A stretch of 64,000 nucleotides of DNA from an uncultured Thermoleophilia bacterium (lineage in GTDB: Bacteria; Actinomycetota; Thermoleophilia; UBA2241). How positions within the stretch are numbered: position 1 is the first letter of the stretch; every line of letters starts with the position of its first letter. This document shows positions 17,242 through 25,670 of this stretch, in pieces. Position numbers and translations under genes: made by a program. Under the pieces are notes generated by a model. That model was not told where the DNA came from and ran no database searches. It worked only from the letters and a program-made list of their open reading frames with translations. The stretch is taken from positions 75,937-139,936 of the forward strand of contig CAVOVA010000001.1 in NCBI GenBank assembly GCA_963699725.1, given 5' to 3'.

Positions 17242-17371
17242 TCCGCCTGTCGCCCCCGGGGGCCGACGGCGTGGCGCCCGCCGGCGTTCGCCACGGGACG
17301 GCACGGTGTGGCGCTTGACGGCGTTCGTAGTCATTCGGAGAAGCCGAACACGGCTCGAGAAGGAGTGAGGC

Positions 17372-17722
17372 ATGGAGGTCACGAGGTACGACGAGGCCCC
17401 GAGCTACGAGGCCCCCGGACATTTCGACGTGTACGGCCTGCGCCTGCAGGGGTTCGAGGTCAGCAAAACCCGCAACTTCTGGATGAGCATCTCCCACTTC
17501 CTGCCCGGGGGCGGCTGCGAGTACGTCGCCACCCCGATCGAGAAGGTCTACTTCGTGCTCGAGGGTGAAGTCACCGTCAAGACGGAGGAGGGCGAGGTCA
17601 TCCTCAAGAAGTGGGACTCCATCTACCTGGCGCCGGACGAGGCCCGCTCGATCCTGAACCACACCAACTCGCCGGCGACGATGCTCGTCGCAATCCCCTA
17701 TCCGGAGCCCCGCGAGTTCTGA
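17372..17722 (+). CDS. Cupin-domain protein.
   Basis: 116 aa: ...NFWMSISHFLPGGGCEYVATPIEKVYFVLEGEVTV... Two-motif cupin pattern. Confidence 0.6.
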   Translation: MEVTRYDEAPSYEAPGHFDVYGLRLQGFEVSKTRNFWMSISHFLPGGGCEYVATPIEKVYFVLEGEVTVKTEEGEVILKKWDSIYLAPDEARSILNHTNSPATMLVAIPYPEPREF

Positions 17723-17902
17723 GCCGGGACTGCGGGAGCGTGTCCCGGGTTCTCCGGCGGGGACGACGCGCGCACGCGGACGGTACGGGGGCGGCGACTG
17801 AGCAGCCGACCGTCCCCGCCCGTCCGGGCACGGACCTCCGCCCTCGCCTGTGCACCCGCGCGCCAGACGATTCCCGACCCCACGACCTCCGAGGAGGCCA
17901 TC

Positions 17903-18733
17903 ATGCCCAGACCCATCATCACCGCGGCGCTCACGGGTCCCGTGGCGACCAAGGCCGACAATGCCGGCATCCCCGGGAACGTGGCGGAGATAGCCGCCGA
18001 CGCCAGGGCCTGTCACGAGGCCGGAGCTGCAGTCATCCACATCCACCTCCGCGACGATCAGGGCAACATGACGGCCGATCTCGACGTCGCACGACGTACG
18101 GTCGAGGCCGTCCGCGAGGTCTGTCCGGGCATCACGCAGCTCTCCACCGGGGGGCTGCAGTTCACCTACGAAGAGCGTATGCGCCTGGTCGAGGCGAAGC
18201 CCGCGATGGCCACACTCAACCCTTGCACGATGACCTTCGCCACCGCGGAGTTCCGCAACCCGCCCAAGCAGATGATGGAGCTGGCGGCCCGGATGATGGA
18301 GCTCGGCGTCAAGCCCGAGGTCGAGATCTACGACACCGGCCACCTCGAGATGATGCTCTACCTGCTACACAAGGAACTCCTCGTCCGGCCGCTGCAGGTC
18401 TCGTTCGTCATGGGCGTCCGGGGGGGCATGAAGGGCGACCCGGGACTGCTCGCGTATCTCGTGCGCGAGTTGCCCGAGGGAACCAGCTGGCAGGTCATCG
18501 GCGTGGCCAAGGCCAACCTCCCGATGACGGCGGTCGGTCTGGCCATGGGAGGGAACGCGCGCACGGGCATGGAGGACACCATCACGCTCGACAAGGGTGT
18601 GCCCGCGGACTCGAACCGGCAGCTCGTCGAGCGCCTCGTCGGCATCGCCCAGTCGATGCAACTGCAGCCCGCGTCCGTCGCCGACGTCGTGGAGCGGCTC
18701 CAGCTCCATCCGGAGCTCGTCAACGGAGCCTGA
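17903..18733 (+). CDS. Beta-keto-acid cleavage enzyme (BKACE / 3-keto-5-aminohexanoate cleavage family, DUF849). Candidate triacetate acetoacetate-lyase.
   Basis: MPRPIITAALTGPVATKADNAGIPGNVAEIAADARACHEAGAAVIHIHLRDDQGNMT...QLSTGG...EERM. Canonical BKACE N-terminal blocks. Confidence 0.8.
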   Translation: MPRPIITAALTGPVATKADNAGIPGNVAEIAADARACHEAGAAVIHIHLRDDQGNMTADLDVARRTVEAVREVCPGITQLSTGGLQFTYEERMRLVEAKPAMATLNPCTMTFATAEFRNPPKQMMELAARMMELGVKPEVEIYDTGHLEMMLYLLHKELLVRPLQVSFVMGVRGGMKGDPGLLAYLVRELPEGTSWQVIGVAKANLPMTAVGLAMGGNARTGMEDTITLDKGVPADSNRQLVERLVGIAQSMQLQPASVADVVERLQLHPELVNGA

Positions 18734-18804
18734 GGGGCGCGCGACTCGACTGTACCGCGAGGCGGAACCGTTGCTTGACAGTCTGGAGCCCGGCTATATG
18801 ATGC

Positions 18805-18836
18805 CCGTATCGTGGGAGGGAACGTCCGTATGGTGG
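18805..18836 (+). promoter_or_regulatory. Two tandem copies of the shared motif (CCGTATCGTGG at 18805-18815 and CCGTATGGTGG at 18826-18836) upstream of the ABC substrate-binding protein gene.
   Basis: Read directly from the sequence. About 190-220 bp upstream of the ATG at 19024. Confidence 0.45.
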
Positions 18837-19023
18837 ATGGCCATGGAGGTGGTATCGCACCGTTGACTAGGCTCTGAGAGGTGCGCGCGTGGTGTTCTGA
18901 GGCAGTCGGTACGGGAGCCCGTTCGCAGCACCGGTATTCGAGAAGGCCATCGGGGGGGTCCCGGCCCGCCGCGTCGCCCGGCTCGGGCGACGGACGGGGG
19001 CGGGACCACGTTAAGGAGGCGGT

Positions 19024-20394
19024 ATGAGTTCAGAGGACACAACCCGCAAGACGACCGAGAAGGGCATCAAGACGCCGATCTCTCGTCGTGACTTCCTCAA
19101 GACGGCCGGCGCCACCGGCCTCGCTCTGGGCGCCACCGGTGGGCTCGGGGGCGTGCTCGCCGCGTGCGGGGGCGAGAGCAGCGACACTGCCAGTGAGGGC
19201 GAAGGCCGCGAGATCAAGATCGGCTTCGTATCGCCGCTCACCGGTCCGTTGGCGGCCTTCGGCGAGGCGGACCAGTTCTGCGTCGACCAGTGGAGCGAAG
19301 CCGTCGCCGACGGCCTCGCCACTGCCGACGGCGCGGTACACCCGATCAACTTCATCATCAAGGACTCGCAGTCAGACTCGAACCGCGCCGCGACTGTGGC
19401 CGGCGACCTCATCAACAACGACGGCGTGGACATCATGATGGTCGCCTCCACGCCGGACACGGTGCCGCCGGTGGCGGACCAGTGCGAGGCGTTCGGCGTC
19501 CCGTGCGTGTCCAACGACTGCCCGTGGCAGGCCTACTTCTTCGGCCGCGGTGGCGATCCTGAGAACCCCTTCAAGTGGACCTACCACTCCTTCTGGGGTT
19601 CCGAGTCGGCGGCCGCCGTCTTCATGTCCATGTGGGACAGCTTCCCGACCAACAAGAAGATCGGCGTGATGTGGCCGAACGACGCCGACGGCAACGCGTG
19701 GGCCGACACCGAGACGGGCATGCCCACCTTCTGGGGCCCCGCCGGCTACAAGTTCACCGACCCCGGCCGGTATCAGAACGGCACCGAGGACTTCACCTCG
19801 CAGATCTCCAAGTTCAAGGCCGCAGGCGTTGACATCCTCAACGGCGTCATGATCCCGCCCGACTTCACGAACTTCTGGAAGCAGGCCTATCAGCAGGGCC
19901 TCAAGCCCCCGTTGGTCACCATCGCGAAGGCCCTCCTCTTCCCGTCGGCTCTCGAGGCTGTCGGCGACATCGGCTATGGCCTCACCACCGAGGTGTGGTG
20001 GACGCCGCAGCATCCGTTCACCTCGTCACTCACCGGCCAGACCAGCCAGGAGATCGGCGACGCCTACGAGTCGACGACCGGAAAGCAGTGGACGCAGCCG
20101 ATCATGCACTACGCCGTGTTCGAGGTCGTGGCCGACGCCATCAAGCGCACCGAGAACATCGACGACAAAGAGCAGATCATCGCCGCCGTCCAGGCCACCG
20201 ACATCGAGACCATCAGCGGCCCGATCCATTGGAACGGAAGCGACCTGAACCCGGTCCCGAACGTCTGCATCACGCCGCTCGTGGGCGGCCAGTGGGTCCA
20301 GGGAGAGAACTACCCCTTCGACCTCAAGATCGTCGAGAACTCGATCGCCCCGGAGGTGCCCACCAACGCCGAGATCGCGCAGATGGAGTACTGA
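19024..20394 (+). CDS. ABC transporter substrate-binding lipoprotein, LivK/branched-chain-amino-acid-binding family (Peripla_BP_6).
   Basis: RRDFLKTAGATGLALGATGGLGGVLAACGG (Tat-like RR signal plus lipobox LAAC), then a type-I periplasmic binding-protein fold. Shine-Dalgarno AAGGAGG. Confidence 0.8.
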   Translation: MSSEDTTRKTTEKGIKTPISRRDFLKTAGATGLALGATGGLGGVLAACGGESSDTASEGEGREIKIGFVSPLTGPLAAFGEADQFCVDQWSEAVADGLATADGAVHPINFIIKDSQSDSNRAATVAGDLINNDGVDIMMVASTPDTVPPVADQCEAFGVPCVSNDCPWQAYFFGRGGDPENPFKWTYHSFWGSESAAAVFMSMWDSFPTNKKIGVMWPNDADGNAWADTETGMPTFWGPAGYKFTDPGRYQNGTEDFTSQISKFKAAGVDILNGVMIPPDFTNFWKQAYQQGLKPPLVTIAKALLFPSALEAVGDIGYGLTTEVWWTPQHPFTSSLTGQTSQEIGDAYESTTGKQWTQPIMHYAVFEVVADAIKRTENIDDKEQIIAAVQATDIETISGPIHWNGSDLNPVPNVCITPLVGGQWVQGENYPFDLKIVENSIAPEVPTNAEIAQMEY

Positions 20395-20470
20395 GTGTGG
20401 CCGACCCGACCCCGCTGCCCCGTCCTGCTCCGCCGCGTCACCACGAGGTAGAAGCGATGCAGGATGGTAG

Positions 20471-21202
20471 ATGCTCATGACCGTGGTGCTCCAGACCACC
20501 GGTCTCAACAAGTCCTTCGGTGGCGTGAAGGTCATCGACGACTTGAGCGTGCAACTCCGCGAAGGCGAAGCACTGGGCATCGTCGGGCCGAACGGCGCCG
20601 GGAAGACGACGTTCTTCAACCTCGTCACCGGCGTGTATCGGCCCGACTCGGGTCGGGTCGAGTTCAAGGGCAAGGACGTGACGCACGTGTCGCGGCAAGA
20701 CATCTGCCGGCTCGGTCTGGGTCGTACCTACCAGATCCCGAAGCCGTTCTCGGACATGAGCGTGTTCGAGAACGTGCTGGTGTGCGCCGCGTATGCCCGC
20801 GGCGCCGGCGAGCGCGCCAGCTACCGGCGCTGCGTCGAGGTGCTCGAGCAGACGCGGCTCGCCCACAAGGCCAATCATCAGGCGGGCGCCCTGCCCCTGC
20901 TCGACCGCAAGCGGCTCGAGCTGGCCAGGGCGCTCGCCGGCGATCCCACCGTCTTGCTACTGGACGAGATCGCCGGCGGCCTCACCGAGACCGAGGTCGA
21001 GGTCCTCATCGGCACCATCAAGGAGCTGCGCCAGGGCGGCATCTCGATCGTCTGGATCGAGCACATCGTCCACGCGCTGCTCGCGGTCGTCGACCGCATC
21101 TGCGCCATCAGCTTCGGCGCCCTGCTCATCGAGGGCGACCCCAACGAGGTCATGTGCAGCGACGAAGTGCAGGCCTGCTACATGGGGGGGACGCCGATAT
21201 GA
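20471..21202 (+). CDS. ABC transporter ATP-binding protein (LivG-like).
   Basis: GPNGAGKTT Walker A, LSGGQ-like signature and Walker B LLLDE. Confidence 0.85.
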   Translation: MLMTVVLQTTGLNKSFGGVKVIDDLSVQLREGEALGIVGPNGAGKTTFFNLVTGVYRPDSGRVEFKGKDVTHVSRQDICRLGLGRTYQIPKPFSDMSVFENVLVCAAYARGAGERASYRRCVEVLEQTRLAHKANHQAGALPLLDRKRLELARALAGDPTVLLLDEIAGGLTETEVEVLIGTIKELRQGGISIVWIEHIVHALLAVVDRICAISFGALLIEGDPNEVMCSDEVQACYMGGTPI

Positions 21203-21897
21203 GCATCCTGGAAGTCAAGGACGTCGACGTCTTCTACGGCGACTTCCAGGCCCTGTTCTCGGTCGGCTTCTCCGTCGAGGAAGGACAGACGTTCGCGTTC
21301 ATCGGCGCCAACGGCGGCGGCAAGTCCACGCTGCTCAAGACGCTCGCCGGCCTGCTCAGGCCGACGTCGGGCGAGGTGCTGTTCCAGGGCGAGGCCATCA
21401 ACAACGTTCCGGCCCACACGCGTGTGGGCATGGGCATCGCCCTCGTGCCCGAGGGACGTCGCGTGTTCCCGAGCCTCACGGTCCACGAGAACCTGCTCAT
21501 CGGCGCCTACGGGGGCCGCAAGGGCGAGTGGAACGTCGAGTCGGTGCTGGAGCTCTTCCCGTTGCTCGAGCCTCTCATGAAGCGTCAGGCCTCCAGTCTG
21601 TCGGGCGGCGAGCAGCAAGCCCTGGCCATCGGGCGGGCGCTCATGTCCAACCCGCACCTCATCCTCCTGGACGAGGTCTCGCTCGGTCTCGCGCCAGTCG
21701 TCATCAAGCGCATCTACGAGGCGATGGGCCACCTGGTGCAGAAGGGCACGACCATCCTCGTGGTCGAGCAGGACGTGCAGCACGTGCTCACGGTGGCCGA
21801 CTACGTCGCCTGCTTCCTCGAGGGCAGGATCTCGCTGGAGGGCCAGCCCGGCGACCTGAGTTCCGAGCAAATCACCGCGGCCTACTTCGGGATGTGA
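21199..21897 (+). CDS. ABC transporter ATP-binding protein (LivF-like).
   Basis: MSILEVKDVDVFYG...GANGGGKSTLL...LSGGEQQALAIGRAL...ILLDEVSLGL. ATGA overlap with the upstream gene. Hidden inside a longer spurious ORF in the track. Confidence 0.85.
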   Translation: MSILEVKDVDVFYGDFQALFSVGFSVEEGQTFAFIGANGGGKSTLLKTLAGLLRPTSGEVLFQGEAINNVPAHTRVGMGIALVPEGRRVFPSLTVHENLLIGAYGGRKGEWNVESVLELFPLLEPLMKRQASSLSGGEQQALAIGRALMSNPHLILLDEVSLGLAPVVIKRIYEAMGHLVQKGTTILVVEQDVQHVLTVADYVACFLEGRISLEGQPGDLSSEQITAAYFGM

Positions 21898-21901
21898 TCG
21901 C

Positions 21902-22774
21902 ATGGATTGGGTGAATGTCGCCGTACAGGGGGTCCTCCTGGGCGGGCTGTTCGCACTGTTCGCGACCGGGCTCGCCCTCGTCTTCGGCGTGATGCGACTG
22001 GTCAACCTCGCGCACGGCGACCTCGGCATCCTCGCCGCGTTCGTCGCCCTCTTCCTGCTGGACAGCTTCAACCTGGGCGTGTTCTGGGCGTCCCTCGCGT
22101 CAATCGCCATCATGTTCTGCGTGGGCTACGTGCTGCAGCGCGGGCTGCTCAACTACACCATCGGCACCGACGACACGCGGCCGATCCTGGTCACGTTCGG
22201 TCTGTCGATCATCATCCAGAACGCGCTCATCATGCAGTTCTCGGCCGACTCACAGGGCCTTGACGCGGGAGCCATCGAGAACGCCAGCGTCCGCATCACG
22301 GACCAGCTCGCGGTCGGCTGGTATCCGCTGATCGTGTTCGTCATCGCCATCGCGGTCATCGCGGCGCTCCAGCTGTTCCTCAACAGGACGACCCTCGGCC
22401 GTGCCTTCCGGGCCACCTCCGACGATCAGGAAGCGGCCGAGCTGATGGGCATCAACAACCGCCACATCTACAGCCTGGCCATGGCCATCGCCCTGGCCAT
22501 CGTCGCCCTCGCCGGGATCCTGCTCGCGGTCCGCACGACGTTCGACCCGAGTCAGGGCCCGTTCCGCCTCATCTTCGCCTTCGAGGCGGTCATCATGGGC
22601 GGCATGGGCTCCATCTGGGGCACGCTCATCGGCGGCATCATCCTCGGCGTCTCGCAGACCCTGGGCGCCCAGGCCTTCGGCGCCGGCTGGGGCATCTTCG
22701 TGGGGCACATCGTGTTCCTGGCGGTCCTGGCCTTCAAGCCGAGCGGCTTCTTCGCCAAGACGGTGACGGCATGA
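21902..22774 (+). CDS. Branched-chain-amino-acid-type ABC permease (LivH-like).
   Basis: Polytopic. ...NLAHGDLGILAAFVAL... Typical LivH blocks. Confidence 0.8.
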   Translation: MDWVNVAVQGVLLGGLFALFATGLALVFGVMRLVNLAHGDLGILAAFVALFLLDSFNLGVFWASLASIAIMFCVGYVLQRGLLNYTIGTDDTRPILVTFGLSIIIQNALIMQFSADSQGLDAGAIENASVRITDQLAVGWYPLIVFVIAIAVIAALQLFLNRTTLGRAFRATSDDQEAAELMGINNRHIYSLAMAIALAIVALAGILLAVRTTFDPSQGPFRLIFAFEAVIMGGMGSIWGTLIGGIILGVSQTLGAQAFGAGWGIFVGHIVFLAVLAFKPSGFFAKTVTA

Positions 22775-23862
22775 GCACGCCCGTGGAGTCCATCCCCCCC
22801 AAGGGCATCCCGGCGTTCCGCATCGCGCGGTCGGCGCCGATGCACCGCTACGTGCTCATCGTGTTCCTGGCGGTCGTCGCCGTGCTCGCCAGTGTGCCCT
22901 TCTGGGCGCAGACCGGCACGACCCGGACCTTGGTGACCTTCTTCACCCTGCTGGCCCTCGCCCAGATGTGGAACCTGCTCGGCGGCTACGCCGGCCTCAT
23001 CTCCGTCGGCCAGCAGGCCTACGTCGGCCTCGGCGCCTACGGCGTGTGGCTGATCGCCGACATCCTGGGGCTCCACCCCTTCATCGCGGTACCACTCGCC
23101 GGCGTTGTGGCGGCGGTCGTCGCGCTGCCGGTCGGCCCGCTGCTGTTCCGCCTCAAGGGCGGCTACTTCGCCATCGGCACGTGGGTCGTGGCTGAGGTCG
23201 TGCGGCTGATCGTCGCCAACATCCAGGCGACGGGTGGTGGCTCCGGCAAGACCATCCTGTCGGCCGCCCGCCTGCCCATCGACACGCGCATCCAGGGCAC
23301 GTACTACATGGGGCTGGCCGTCGCCGTCGGCTCCATCCTCCTGGTGTACTTCCTCCTGCGCTCGCGCGTAGGCCTGGCCCTCACGGCCATCCGGGACAAC
23401 GACCTGGCCGCGCAGAGCTCCGGCGTGAACGTGTTTCGATCCAAGCTGCTCGTCTACGTGATCGCGGCCTTCGGCTGCGGCGCCATGGGCGCCGTCGTCG
23501 CCCTGAACCTGCTCCGCATCCAGCCGACGGCCGCGTTCAGCATCAACTGGACGGCGTACGCGCTGTTCATCGTCGTCATCGGCGGTTTCGGCACGATCGA
23601 GGGTCCGATCATCGGCTCCGTCATCTACTTCGCGCTCCTGCAGAACCTGAGTCAGTACGGCACGTCGTACCTGCTGCTGCTGGGTGTGATCGCCGTGATC
23701 ATGGCGGCGAAAGCGCCGCGCGGCATCTGGGGCTTCGTCGCCAAGCGCTGGAACATCCACCTGTTCCCGGTCAGGCGCCGGCTCGAGCTGGAGGCGCCAC
23801 CCCCGGGTGACGACCAGGGGCCGGCGGACGCGCCGGATCCCCCTCTCGCGGAGCCCGCCTGA
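22771..23862 (+). CDS. Branched-chain-amino-acid-type ABC permease (LivM-like).
   Basis: Polytopic. ...LLGGYAGLISVGQQAYVGLGAY... 4-bp overlap with livH-like. Confidence 0.8.
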   Translation: MSTPVESIPPKGIPAFRIARSAPMHRYVLIVFLAVVAVLASVPFWAQTGTTRTLVTFFTLLALAQMWNLLGGYAGLISVGQQAYVGLGAYGVWLIADILGLHPFIAVPLAGVVAAVVALPVGPLLFRLKGGYFAIGTWVVAEVVRLIVANIQATGGGSGKTILSAARLPIDTRIQGTYYMGLAVAVGSILLVYFLLRSRVGLALTAIRDNDLAAQSSGVNVFRSKLLVYVIAAFGCGAMGAVVALNLLRIQPTAAFSINWTAYALFIVVIGGFGTIEGPIIGSVIYFALLQNLSQYGTSYLLLLGVIAVIMAAKAPRGIWGFVAKRWNIHLFPVRRRLELEAPPPGDDQGPADAPDPPLAEPA

Positions 23863-24035
23863 CGACGGCGGGCGTGAGATCCTGTGGCTCGGCCGCCCGT
23901 GGGGCGTCCCGGGCGCGGGGATGACGCGCCGGCTGGCCGGCGCCATATGATGCGGCTCTTCCGAGCCGCCCGCTGCGAGACCGCGGACCCTCGCCTCGGG
24001 GCCGGGGTCACGAAGCACGACGATGGAGGGGACTC

Positions 24036-24815
24036 GTGATCGAGACCGATCGCGACGTGGAGAAGGAATCTCGCAACGGCGTCCAGGTGCTCGCCCGGGC
24101 CGCCACGATCCTGCGGCTGCTGGCGGCCGACTCGTCGGGAGGATTGACCTTCAGCGAGCTGGTCGCACGGTCCGGTCTGCCGCGGACCACGGTCCACCGC
24201 ATCCGCGGCGCCCTCGAGCACGAGGACTTCATCTACACCGACGCCGCCACCGGGCGTCTTCACCTGGGGCCCGGCATCATGCGCCTCGCCATGGCCAAGC
24301 GCGATCTGCCGACGGTCGTGCGGCCGTACCTCGAGCAGTTGGCGCGCGAGCTCAACGAGACCGTCGATCTCGGAGTGCTGGACGGCATGCACGTGCTCTT
24401 CATCGCCCAGCATCCGGCGCCCCAGCGCTCGCTCATGGTGGTCTCGCGCGTCGGCGCCCGCTTCCCGGCGTACTGCACCGCCAACGGCAAGGCGCTGCTC
24501 GCCCAGCTCCCCCAGGACGAGATCAAGCGCCGGCTTCCCCAGCGGCTGGAGACGCCGGCGCAGCACACGCCCATCAGCCGCAAGGGGCTCCTGGCCGAGA
24601 TGGAGGAGGTGCGCGACAGCGGGCTCGCCTACGACTGCGAGGAGCATCGCACCGGCATCTGCAGCGTCGGCGTGGCCATCACCGACATCGATGGCAGCTC
24701 CGCATCCATCTCCGTACCGATGCCGGCGGCCCGCTTCTACGAGGACCCGGATACCGTCGCCGCGGCGCTGCTGCGCGTCCGCGACGAGGTCCAGATCGCC
24801 CTCCACAACGGCTGA
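24036..24815 (+). CDS. IclR-family transcriptional regulator (IclR-4).
   Basis: GTG start. ...VARSGLPRTTVHRIRGALEHEDFIY...NETVDLGVLDGMHVLFIAQHPAPQRSL...VGARFPAY. Close paralog of IclR-2. Confidence 0.8.
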   Translation: MIETDRDVEKESRNGVQVLARAATILRLLAADSSGGLTFSELVARSGLPRTTVHRIRGALEHEDFIYTDAATGRLHLGPGIMRLAMAKRDLPTVVRPYLEQLARELNETVDLGVLDGMHVLFIAQHPAPQRSLMVVSRVGARFPAYCTANGKALLAQLPQDEIKRRLPQRLETPAQHTPISRKGLLAEMEEVRDSGLAYDCEEHRTGICSVGVAITDIDGSSASISVPMPAARFYEDPDTVAAALLRVRDEVQIALHNG

Positions 24816-24871
24816 TCTGCGGGCGACGCACGGGGCTGCCGGGTACGTCGTGGACGCCGCGACCCTGGCTC

Positions 24872-25483
24872 TCAGCCGGGCCTGATCACCCGCTTCTCGG
24901 TGACGATCGCCGTCACCGGCAGGTCATGTGTCTCGCACACGATCCGGGGCACCAGCTGGGTCTCGAACGCGAGGGCGACCCAGGGCGTGCCCGGGCGGGT
25001 GAGCGGAAGGTAGGTGTCGTAGAAGCCGCCGCCGTAGCCGCAGCGGCCTCCCTCCTCGTCGAACGCCGAGCCCGGCACGAAGACGATGTCAATCTCCTCC
25101 GGAGGGATCTCGGGCAGCCCCTCTCGCGGCTCGGGGATGCCCCAGGTCCCGGCGACGAGGTCCGCGGCCGGATCGGCGACGCGGAACGCCTCCATCGTCC
25201 GGGCGCTGCGGATGCGCGGCAGGCAGAGCGTCTTGCCGGCCGCGAGCACCCGCTCCGCGAGCGGCGCGGTATCGAGCTCGGTGCGGAACGTAGCGAACGA
25301 CATGACGGTACCGGCTGCGGCCAGCTCGGGGAGGCCGGCGGCGCGGGCGCACACGGCCGCGCTGAGGCGTTCGCGCTCTGCCGCGGGCAGGGCGGCGCGA
25401 GCTTCGAGGGCGCAGCGGCGTGCCTCCGTCTTGGGGAGACCTTCGCCGTCTTCGTCGAGTCGTTCTTCTCGTCCAGGCGTCAT
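24872..25483 (-). CDS. 5-formyltetrahydrofolate cyclo-ligase.
   Basis: MTPGREERLDEDGEGLPKTEARRCALEARAALPAAER...VFVPGSAFDEEGGRCGYGGGFYD. MTHFS signature GxGxGYYD. Shine-Dalgarno GGAAAGG. Confidence 0.8.
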   Translation of the reverse strand: MTPGREERLDEDGEGLPKTEARRCALEARAALPAAERERLSAAVCARAAGLPELAAAGTVMSFATFRTELDTAPLAERVLAAGKTLCLPRIRSARTMEAFRVADPAADLVAGTWGIPEPREGLPEIPPEEIDIVFVPGSAFDEEGGRCGYGGGFYDTYLPLTRPGTPWVALAFETQLVPRIVCETHDLPVTAIVTEKRVIRPG

Positions 25484-25670
25484 GCTGGCCTTTCCGGCGT
25501 ACACTGGGCTGGTTACGCTTCACGGGGCGCCGGGGCGCGATGGTATGTCTGGGTGCCGCCTCCGTGGCCTATAGTATAGGCAGAGTCGCCCTGCGGGCAT
25601 GCGGGCTGCTCGACGAGACATCGTGGCCGCTGCGGACCCTGACGTCTTCGCGACCACCGAGAGGATGAGC

